Below, piece by piece: positions 13,610 to 26,279 of a stretch of DNA of 64,000 nucleotides (its first letter is position 1; every line of letters starts with the position of its first letter). Position numbers and translations under genes: made by a program. The stretch is from assembly GCA_026025075.1 (NCBI GenBank), contig JAPEUI010000002.1, forward strand, positions 186,001-250,000. Reading direction: 5' to 3'. The notes under the pieces were generated by a model. That model searched no databases. It worked only from the letters and a program-made list of their open reading frames with translations, and was not told the DNA's origin. The DNA is from Vezdaea acicularis. Its lineage: Eukaryota.

Positions 13610-15361
13610 TTATTCAATTGTGAAGCTGTCAGTGACGGACTCAACGTCTTTGGAGAACGAAACGTCTTCATCCAGCTCAAGTAAAGTAACGGATAGGACC
13701 TTGCAGCTTTGTTAACAGAACTCCAAGCAGGCTGGATTGGATGGAAACGAACATCAACGGGAACATAAGGCTTCTGTCTTCCAAACCTAACGTTCATAGG
13801 GAAGAACTCGCTCTCGTCCTCTGCCTGAGCCTCAAATTCGAATGATCCTCCGCTGTTACTTTCATCTACTGAGCCTATAGACCACTCTAGGCTGTCCCCA
13901 GAAACCTCGTAGACAGCATCGAAGCTTGAAACGGCAGGTTCGCTGGTTTGGTAAGGAATTGTGACGACAACATCCCTGAGGCTATCGTTCCCTATCAATT
14001 CATACTCGACCATGATTGTATATGAGTCCTCAGAGCCTTTGTTGACCCACACCGTGAAGTTTATGGGGAGCGCATCGTTATCATCAGCCTTCTTCGTTAA
14101 TTTCCATCTTAACACCGCGACGGAGTTATTCGCAGGGAAACCTTTGCTCGGATCTTTTAACTGTATTGCCTTCGACGTCCCAAAGAGCGCCTTATCCACA
14201 TTAGGGTGGGTTCGGAACTGCGCGCCGGTACTTGCGTCAGCAAATAAATCTAGTTTGACTTTCGTGAGAGAGTGATCGGATATCCGAAGCTTCAAATCGC
14301 CTTTGACCTCGAAGAACATCAATGATCCTTCTCTTGAGACCTTTGCGGTGATCGTCTCATCTATCTTGACGTAGATAGCTTCTCGATCAATCGACGTTGA
14401 AGCTCTTGTAGAGGAAGATTGATCATTGACAGGAGCAGGAGTCTGGATCAGGGGTGTTGGCTCTTCTGCTGCAGGGCCTAAATCTCCTCGTACGCGTTCA
14501 AACATGTCAGTGGTCTTAGACTTCTTTCCAAGCTGCATTCCCTTCCCTTTGGATGCAGTGGTCCTGAAAGCTGTTAGGGCATTCTTGGGGAGGTTTTGAG
14601 CAGCTTACTTAAAGGATTTCGACTTTTCGGCTTCATATGCGTCATAGGTTTCTGGTACTGAAGATCTTACGGGAGGGGTGTAAGTCGGATATGTAGGAGT
14701 CCGAGGGACAGTACCACGTCCACTACGAGCCATTTCTTTGCGCTGCATCTCCAGCTGTTTTGCCCTCCTCTTCCTCTCCTCACTAGCCTCCAATTCCTTG
14801 TTCTACACCGTTTGTCAGAACTAAAAGCATGGTTGGAGCCAAAAGTGCTCTTGGGAAAAGCTTACTCTAGCAATAATTTCTTGTATCCGCTCCTCATGGC
14901 TTTCCATCTCTAGGAACGTTTTGATCTGCCCCAATGACAGATTTTCCCGATATCCCATTGTCACTAACTCGTCGAAGGCGCTCAAGAGCTCAAATGCATT
15001 TCTCAATATCTCCCGCTCGTCCAGGCTCTTGCATATACTCGTTACTACTTGGGCGAATAAATGTAGGGAGTCAATATCTTGAAGAATATTAGACTGGCGA
15101 TTGGTGATTAAAACCATGTAAAGTTCATCCAGTGGCTGGTAAACATATCGAACATTGTCCTGCTCCACCGTAGTATGTTGCGTCCCAGCGTCTGCCAACT
15201 TAGGAAAAGATGCTAGCAGTGCTTCTATCCTTGAACGAGCAATTTCACGAAATTGTCGTGATAGGACAGCCTTCCCTCCCCTAGTGCATATTGAAGCCGC
15301 GAGGACAACCTGGCGAGTTAATCCATATTCATGCAGGGCTTCGACGAGGCTTCCATACCAT
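13610..15361 (-). CDS. RET2: Coatomer delta subunit (delta-COP)
   Basis: M|VVLAASICTRGGKAVLSRQF start, QHTTVEQDNVRYVYQPLDELY longin domain and mu-homology domain FRTHPNVDK. The first coding exon is the ATG only. Confidence 0.95.
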
Positions 15362-15522
15362 AGTTTTAGGCAGGCTTCAGAAAGCTCAATCAGTCAATTC
15401 ATATAGGAGAGTAAGCTCTTAGCCACAATCAATGCTCTGTGGAGTTAAAGCGAATCTCATTTCCCCGCCAGGCTTTCGGCCATTGAGGTCTTAAAACCTT
15501 GAAGTTTTACCGCTCGCCGTGC

Positions 15523-15536
15523 GGCTCACGTGAGCC
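15523..15536. promoter_or_regulatory. 14-bp palindrome GGCTCACGTGAGCC (bHLH E-box, Cbf1-type) in a divergent promoter
   Basis: Perfect palindrome with a TCACGTGA core between delta-COP and the acidic-protein gene. Confidence 0.45.
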
Positions 15537-15956
15537 TCGCGCGCCTAGCTTGTCACTTCGCCCCTGTAAGGCGAAGTTCCTCAGACTTCTGACTCTTACA
15601 TCAACCTGTCACGCCCACACGTTCTCTCTTCTCTCCGCCACTTTTCGGACCCACATGAGTTGCACTAGGGGAATCGAAGCGCGATTCAGGTATCTGACAA
15701 GACCACTGACTTGGCACAACTCAAATCAAACACTTGAGCGCGGTCACCTCAATACCTTACATACGCCCACCCATCAAACCTTTTGTAACGCTCATTCGAC
15801 TCGCCGCTTGTGATCATTATTGCAACTGACACTGACACATATCTGTGTCCTCACTAATTAGAGCTTACTGGAAATATACTAGAGCAAAATCCAGACCAAC
15901 GAGAGGAGACCTCATGTATCTATAGACTGGAGCTTCTTCCACAAAATCCCCACCAG

Positions 15957-18685
15957 ATGACGACTAGTCAGCCACTACATCCTCCACTGTTTGGGGTCGG
16001 AGAGGGCGACGATGAAATGGAGATAGCATCCGACGTCGATCGACGTGATGAAATCGAAGATATTGATATTGATTTCGAACTTACTACGGACCAGCCACAC
16101 GATTCAGATAACGACTATATTATCGAAGATGCCAAGTCTGATGCTGAACAAGACATGGTCGAAGAGATGATCGATATAGGGAATGACGACTTGATGCAAG
16201 ATGATGAACTCGAATACGTAGGTGACAACGATGTGGACCGTCAACAATCATTGGGTCAAGCCGTCGACGAGGGTTTCGAACATCCAGTGCCAGACAATGG
16301 TGTTTCTGTCCTTGAGATTAACCTAGAGGAGGACCTCTTAGGTTCAGACAGTATCGAAGCTTCAGGTAAAAACCATCCAGAACGAACCTCACTGTATCCG
16401 GAAATTCTACAGAAACAGAGTTCAGATATAATTGCCACAATCCCAGACCAGGAGTCAGTCGTTGATGTTAATCCCAAAAATATGACAGAAAGAATAGCAG
16501 ACAGCTTGCATACTGCAGTCGCTGATTCGGATAGAGTAGCAATGAACGCGGAAAGCTTTGACACTGGCGTAGACGAGGCCAAGCAAGAAGTCATGAATGA
16601 AAAGAAAGTCACTAGCCCTGAAGGGTTGGTAGGATATCACAGTGAAACAGAAGTCGTGCACGATAAGAACCAAGAACAGGATTTACACAACCTAGAGGAC
16701 GACCACGAAGCCAGTGAACATCGACTTCATCCAACAACTCTCGAGTATCACGGTCTAACGATGTCTCTTTTCCCCCCTTCTTATGGCGATGCATCTGGCA
16801 CGTATTTTCTGCAAGACGAGTCTCTTGCAGAACATATGATCAGTGATCTTTTCGGAGTCATGCGAGGCGTCCTGGCCGACAGTGTAACCAAAATGGAGAT
16901 ACTTGAGCTAGAGTTTCCTGATTTGGGACTACGGGTGACAGATGTAAGCAAACAACCCTAAGCTTCCCACAAATAACGTGTTCGGAACTCGTTAACAAGT
17001 CTCAGGACTCCTCTCACGCTTCGACTACCACGCTGTTGCATTTGCTAGAACTTCACGTTAATTTGCTAGCCAACGATGGGATAGACAAGCCAGGACCATT
17101 AAGAATGAAACTTACAGCCCGGACAGGGTTCACGAAGAGAGTTGAAGACTTGAGTGCCGCTGTAGCCGAAGGGAAAGGTATTTCCCAGGTCCCGTATTGG
17201 GATAATGAGGATGACCGAAGCTTTGGATCAGCGGCTTCCGATGAAGTTCATTCCAGTGAAGAATTCCACACACGAGGCGTGCAGACTCCCTCTGCTCCAT
17301 TCGAGGATGACCCAGAACTTCTTCCTAAGCAAACATCCCAGCAACCCGAAGATCAGATTCAATTAGGAGATACCCATTTATTCGATACTGGAAATCTTGC
17401 CCCGAACGAGATTTCTCCAGACGGTTTAAAAGACAGCAAGAAAGAAGACATTCAGTCATCAACAGTTAGCGAGGGAGAGCTCGGTTTGAATAACCCAGAC
17501 TCAAGCACCAAAATTTTTAAAAACAGGTTTGATGAGGCGCCAAACCTCCTACAAGACGAATTAACTTCGACGCAATCTAGAGTAGGCGAGGGTTTACATG
17601 ATGGTGTTGAAGACGATGGAGATCTCATCAACGACGATGAGGAGGGCGTCGATGAGAACCACGATCAACTTACCGGATCATCTGGTTCATCGACTCTAAG
17701 GGGAGATGAGCCTGGTTCAGTTCATGGTAAGGCAGGAAATTTCATATATGATTGCGTGCAGCCCGACCTCTGCGCTTGTTTCAATTGCACCATTCTGACA
17801 GACGTAGATCAAAGTGTATCAGATGAAAAGCTTCGCGGAGAAACCCATGTCAGTCCCGGAGCGTCCGCTCTGGATGCAGCCGGACAGAGCGACGAAGAAG
17901 GTAAAACTATTTCAAATGTGAAAGGGCACCACGAAGCTACAACAACCGACGATTCCGAAAACCCAGATCAAGAATCGCATGATCCTGACCACCTTGAGAA
18001 GGCGAAGGACATTCAACCATATCGATCATCAGAATTTTCAGTTCCAGAAGATGATGATGAGCTTGACTATATAGACGAAGCTGAAGAGAACACCTCACAG
18101 AGTCGAGAAACCGGTCATGAGGATAGTAACGACGTTGTTGACCCCGCTTCATACGATTTCCTAAACCCTGATTCCTATGAAGTAATTGACGAGGCCCTTC
18201 CACTTGATGACCACGGAGCTAGCCCTACTGAGGATCCTGAGACAAAACCAAGTGATGTAGGTACCGGTGATGAGGCCGACTGGAATGGAGACGCTTCGGC
18301 TCAACATACTAACACAGACATGACCCTTCATGAGGCCATAGATTTGACCAGCTTCGAAAATACGGGCCAGGATTATACGACTGTAGAAGATGATAGGACT
18401 GGCCTTAATACGTCTGGATTAGCAGAGGACCTTGGTGACAGGGACGACATTGATTATGTAGACGAGGAGGGCAACGATCTAATTGACTATGCTCCATTAT
18501 CACCAGTGGAACCAAACACGGAGGCCACTGAAAGTAAGGCCGGCTCAGCCAAGAGATCCCGCGACAACAGCGAGAGCTTAGATTCATACGATGAAGACGG
18601 AAATGGTAAGTCCAATCCTAGCCGAAACTCAAGACTTCACGCTTATTGAATTGCAACAGACGCAAAACGTCTTCGCTCGACATAA
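15957..18685 (+). CDS. Large acidic (D/E-rich) protein with a DUF2420-like central domain and a C-terminal basic NLS-like tail
   Basis: Two long acidic ORFs joined by intron ~16944-17006. Folded segment SLFPP...YFLQDESLA...LELEFPDLGL resembles DUF2420 (from memory). A last intron ~18607-18659 gives the ending ...AKRSRD...DAKRLRST*. Confidence 0.7.
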
Positions 18686-20383
18686 CATATCACTCTCCTC
18701 GCACTCGAAATTACAGGCTTTATCCGTCAACCCGTTCCACACCGGATTATTGACTGCTTGGGCTTTCTGCCTTACTAAAACCGCTTTAACCAAGTGTTTA
18801 CCCTGACACTTACATCCGATGGGGACTTACGGGCGTGCTTTGCTTTACATGATCCTCGTAACGCTGTCAGCTCTACGGGAATTTGTGCTCCGCGAAGCAC
18901 CTTTCAGGACTTACTTCACGATCCTAGGCATAACCAAGGACTGGCTTCTCGGAATCTCATACCACATTAAAGGCATGAGGGATGCGACGACATATTGGTT
19001 GGTGTTGAGCAGGTAGGTAGCTAAGGATGAGTATGATCAAATCTTTCTTATTCCCACTTTCCTCTCCGTTTCTCTTCATTTCCCCCAGATCCTTTAAATC
19101 AAACACCTCCGAATGCGGATGGTGGCAATGCTACAACCTCTGCAGCGCAGCCTCTTTATTAGCACTCTTTCAATTGCATGCTTGCCAAGGGTTATATGGA
19201 AAAAGGTTTGTGTCTACCCCCAAGGTTTCATTGGGCATGGTATGGCTGGTTTCTAGGAGTTTGGTGGCAGACTTCCCGGGTACTGAGGATGCTTATCGTG
19301 TGAGTTTTCGATCAATTATGGAATGGCTTTTGAGCTGTCTCTTCGAGCGGACAGTAGTAGGGAGTTAAGGGTCTCAACGGCTACTTGGCGATCTGGGCGC
19401 ATGGAGGTGCCGCTGATACTTCCCGGTCTGCACGCGGCCCCAAGTATAATCAACGTAGCATATCTAATGGCAATTACCCATAAAGGAGTATTAACAACTG
19501 CGCCCATTTTGAGGCATGATGCTTAGTCCAAAACTGGGGCCACCGTGAAAGAAAGTCTCTGAAAGTCGACGGACGAGGAGACCGATGTAGCTATGCACCC
19601 TCCAAGATGAGAGCCGCGACGTGGATTGTGGCTCCTGTCTTTGACGCAAACCGCGCAATTTCTTGGCATTATGATCAAAATGGTCAAGCTAGAATTGATC
19701 TGTTGATTTTTACGGGGCTGCTCCATTTTTGTGTCCAGACCACGAGCCATGCAATTTGTGATGGATGCTCCTAACTCCCTGCCTGCGTTTGCCCCACCCG
19801 TTACGTGTGCGGTGCCCCTGATGAGTCGCTTTGCCGATAAGACTACCGCGTCAGGGAGGGAGGGCTACAGTAGCGCTTCTCGAAATAGGTGGCCGAAACG
19901 AGTACCGACCAGCGAGAGACGCTTGGATAGCGCAACAAAACTTCAAGAATGTCCCAAGGGTCACGTCTGTCCACTCCACCTTCCATACCCAGCACAAAAA
20001 TCTCAGTAACTCGCCCCGACGGTCTCTCCTAACCAGCACTCGTTTTGAAAACGCTCCTTTGCATATGCTAATGGTTTCGCGATAAGAACGCTCCCTCTTT
20101 CAATTGTTCTGAAGGCTGGCGCAAAGCAACCCCTCTGCGACTCCCTCTTCATCAACCCAATTTCACGAGGCGGGTCTTTGGGAAGGGGCACAAGCTTTAA
20201 TTGCGGACACATCGCCTCGGCAAGCTGGGCAGTAGTGAGCACACTGTACGACGGAGACGACAGCACGGCCAGTATACGTGCGTGTTCGCGAAAGGGCTCA
20301 GAAGGCACTCTCGTATCCAAGGCTTCGACGGGACATTCGCCCCGCGCTGGAGTCGGTACGGGAGTCGCCACTGAATTACCAGG

Positions 20384-21976
<1,593 letters not shown>

Positions 21977-22751
21977 AATTCTTACGGAGAATCTTCAACG
22001 GGTTGCCTTTATTTCGGTCTTCCACATCTATATATACTGTCTGGGGGGGGGTTAGCATGCGAAATGATTTTGGGCTGGGCTTCTATGTAACGCTGGACTA
22101 TGCCAACTCAGTTGGCCTTTCGGGTCCGCTCATGGGAGCATTATTGGGATATGGCATGTACTCATGAAATGTATCATACGCTTTCTTCATGAACCCGTCC
22201 AGACGAGAGAGTCAGACGCACCGAGGAATCATCTAAAATCGTACTCCAAGGTCGTTCTCGGTGTTTGATTGGCCCAAATCCTAAGATTGGAGATGCAATA
22301 TCTCCTTTTACGTATTCAAATCAGGCCTTCTTGGCCAGCCAAACAAATGTATCTTAGTCTAAAAGGCTACATTCTTAACATCTGGCTTGGGTCCTCTCAA
22401 ACCTTCAAGCAGACCTGCGAGGCCCCCGCGCTAAGTGGCTATCACGTGCCCTCCCGTAGATAAGATTGCGGGGAAGCCCTGAGGCACAGATCCCCAGTAC
22501 TTGATGGTATATAGACATCTATCGACTACTATTACATCTCACCACTCATTGGGCCCATTGCTTCTACACTGCGCAACCCCTACGCCTTCACCCTGCAGAG
22601 CATAGGCTAATTAGCTGCTCATACGCCCACAATCAGATCATAGTGTTCCGTTCCTTATCGCTACAAATCTAGCAAAGACATCAAATTACAAAACGCTAGA
22701 TAAGCCAAACTATGCGACCGCCTGAGCAGCCCGACAAGCTTCGGATCCCGC

Positions 22752-22934
22752 ATGAGTCTAGGCCGGATCTGGCGCAAGGCAAAAGACACGTCCAACATGA
22801 ACACCACGTCCATCCCATCGCTAGGCAACGAGGCCAGGCGCTGGGAAGCCGCACGTGTAAGCTTGAATGGGGGAGCAGGGGATACCCCCGCATGCTCCCC
22901 CAATACAAGTTTTCTTTATGACCCACCATCTTGA
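22752..22934 (+). other. Candidate upstream ORF in the choline kinase 5' leader
   Basis: AUG-initiated ORF MSLGRIWRKAKDTSNMNTTSIPSLGNEARRWEAAR..., downstream of TATATA (22508), with a GTAAGC donor right after codon 35. Confidence 0.45.
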
Positions 22935-23230
22935 GTGACCGTTCGGAACTAAGATTATCGCTACCCCAAGTAGCTGTTTCTCTTCCAACCTTTACCTCTA
23001 TTATTGTTCTTTTGTAAAGCTTGGGTCTTGGACTGGTGCAGAACTGATCGCCAGCGAATGACTATCTTGCATTCCCGTTCGCTAATCGGCAGTACCCTTG
23101 TGCTCAGCATGTTGCCCTAACAAAAATATTCCGCCGTCTTTCACTTGGACAACGGCCCGCAGATACCGTTAGTGGTATTGTAGGACATCTTTTTTTGCAT
23201 TAGCAAGGACACATCGGATCTTAAACTGGC

Positions 23231-26053
23231 ATGTCTCCTTCATCTGACCCTGCCGACCTAAGCGCAGACGTGAAAGAGAGTGGTCAATTCTCGTCCATGT
23301 CCGAGATAAGTCAGGAGCAGATCTCACCCTCACCACGTACAAAGGGTAAGCAAGAACAAACCTCTTCTTTAGAGCCTCGTCTTTCGTATGGTCTATGTTC
23401 GTTGTTTACGAAAAGAGCTTCTTCCCTTACAAAGTTTCCCCACTATAGACTACCGTCTCCTTCAAGTAGGCTTTCACTACCTAGCATATGGCCATGGGTC
23501 ATCTCGCTCCGGCAATCTTACCCTTTGGTCCCCTCAGATTGTGTGCATATGCGCAAATCTTGCTGTGAAAGAGGTTTCCTCCCGTTTTCAACGGGAGCAT
23601 GGGTATGAACCATTACATAACTTCTTATACTTACTCATGTCCTCCTTTAATTAGCTGTATCAATCGCAGAGGTCGACGAGATTGTACCTCCGCCTGTTCC
23701 ACTTGAACATGACGACAAGACCCCTAAAACTCCAAAGCAACACCCTGCAAAGGTGGGCCAGCGTCTGATAGGACGGCCCTCTATCAATGGTTCCACCACA
23801 TCCTTAAGGTCCCTTGCGCATCAGGGCAGCATTGAATCAATAAAGGCGGATAAGATCAAGTCTACCGATGAGAGCTTAGAAGATAGCATTAGTAGACATC
23901 AGAATCCGAGTAAGCTTCTAGCCCAGGTTGCAGAGTGGTTACACCAAGAGAAAGTAAAGAGAACGAAGAAGTCTGAAAGCGTCGCTACATCAGACAATGA
24001 GGATCCACTGGATAGGCTTGAGAAAATCTTAAGGGGCAATTTACTTGTTCCCCGCAAATCTCCAAAGCTAGATGCTAGGCGACGCTCTTCGGCCCGGAAA
24101 TTAAGCGCTGGTAACTCATCCGATACCGAATACAACGACGGAGACGTTGTTGTGCCACACTGTGATGCGATACTTGATAACACGAAGACTCTGGCCTATG
24201 ACGCCGGTGGACCAGGGGCCGAAAAAGACGTCTCCCAAACGGGTAAGAAGGGAAAAGATATCGAAGCGTGGATAATATTCAAAACAGAGATCCTCAAGCT
24301 CACGCATACCTTTAAACTTAAGGGCTGGAGAAGGATCCCGTTCGAGCGTAGTAGTGACCTGGGTATTGAGAGACTGAGTGGAGCCATGACTAACGCCATC
24401 TACGCTGTATCGCCGCCAAAGAATCTTCCTGAGGTTGTGACACAGGGTAATGAAGGTGACACCCAGCCGAAGCGTCTATCTAAGCCTTCGTGAGTACCAG
24501 CAAGGTTGACTTTTTCTCTTACCGTTGGCATTGCTCATATAGAACTAGCAAACTACTCCTACGAATCTACGGCGCTCAGTCAGATCAGCTCATCGATCGA
24601 GAGGGAGAGCTTCAAATCCTTCGACGGCTTGCGCGCAAAAAGATTGGACCTCGTTTACTTGGCACATTTCTTAATGGTCGCTTCGAGGATTTCTTGGTCT
24701 CCAAGACTTTGACATTCCAAGACCTTCGGGTCCCGGAAACTTCAAAGCAGATCGCTAAGCGTATGCGTGAGCTTCATGAGGGTATTGAGTTACTCGAAGA
24801 AGAGAGAGCAGGCGGTCCCGGCGTGTATGTGAACATCGATAAATGGATGTCAAGAGCTGAGCAGGTCATGACATGGCTTGATCGCAAGATCCTTACAGGA
24901 ACACAAGGCAAGAAGAAGGGAACCCTTGATGCTTGGAAAGAGCGAGGTTTGGTGCTAGGAGTCGAGTGGAGTGTATTCAAGAAGGCGATGGAGAAGTACA
25001 GGCAATGGCTGGAGAGGAGATATGGAGGTCAGTCCGGCATCAAAGAGCAGCTTGTGTTTGCGCACAATGATGTGAGTAATCCCAGAAATGTTTTACGTAT
25101 CAAGCTAAGGAATAGATAGACCCAATACGGCAATCTGCTACGTTTAGAACCAAGCGGCGAATCTCCACTCCTTCTCCCGGCCAATGAGCACAAACAACTC
25201 GTGGTGATTGACTTCGAATACGCCGCCGCCAACCTCCCCGGTCTTGAATTTGCCAACCACTTCGTATGCATTTCATTCCTCCTAAACAAACTCTTTTACG
25301 CACCTTCTAATCTGGACCCAGACTGAATGGTGCTATAACTACCACGCCGGCACGGGCTATGACTGCAATGAACACTACTACCCTACGCTCGAAGAACAAC
25401 AACGCTTCGTAAAAGCGTACGTGATGCACACCCCAGCGGTCCGTGTACGCACTCCTTCAATAACGCCAGTATCCGGGGCCACCCCCTCCCTAACACCACT
25501 CTCCAAGCCGACTCAGCCCCTACCCTCCACGAGCTCCATCTCATCCTTCAGGCTCGACAGCCGCGCGCCCCCAACTCAGGTTGAAGCTGAGGAAGACGCG
25601 CGCGAAAAGGGGGTTGAGACGGAAGTGCAGCGCCTCATGACTGAAGCACGCCTCTGGCGCCCCATCAATTCTGCGCACTGGATCTGTTGGGGAATCGTCC
25701 AGGCGAAAGTTAAAGAGCTGAATGAAGAGGAGGAGAGGGCTGGGAACCGAAAGCTGAGTTCTGTTCCACAGATCGGAACGCCGGACACGGTGCCGGCCAC
25801 TTTAGAAGTTGCAGCGGAGGCAGCGCCTGAGCCGCACCAGGTGGAAGAGCGGCCAGAGGGGCTTGTGGCGAAGGGTTCGTTGCACGAGGAGCCTGAAATA
25901 GTGGAAGACGAGGAAGAGGAAGAGTTTGACTATTTAGGGTATGTGCATGAGCGCGTGATGCTGTTCTGGGGGGATGTCCTTGGGTTGGGTATCGTGGATT
26001 CGAAGGATTTACCGGAGAGTCTTTTGAAGAAGGTCAAGTATGTTAAGGTGTGA
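23231..26053 (+). CDS. CKI1: Choline/ethanolamine kinase
   Basis: RLSGAMTNAIY, KLLLRIYG, IGPRLLGTFLNGRFE, Brenner motif FAHND|TQYGNLL, VIDFEYA and FANHF|TEW. Four introns. Confidence 0.92.
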
Positions 26054-26279
26054 GGTGAGGGTACGAGGTAGGTTTTGCGTGCACATAACACGGCCTTGAT
26101 GATCAGGATTGTATACAGCGTCCTTTAAGCGCGTACGGCGTTTGCCCTTGCCGTATAGCGCTGAACGGCTTTGAACAAATGACTAAATTGCTTCCATCAC
26201 TAAAGCGCATCTTCAATGTTCCTAAAACTACCAGATTCTCTTCTAGCCGTGGTCTAAACGCCACTTGTTGTCCCCCCAT

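Noticed and set aside
18700..20380. 1.7-kb gap with several 60-113 aa ORFs
   Set aside because: No domain-like sequence, consistent splice pattern or RNA-gene motif; treated as UTR and promoter.
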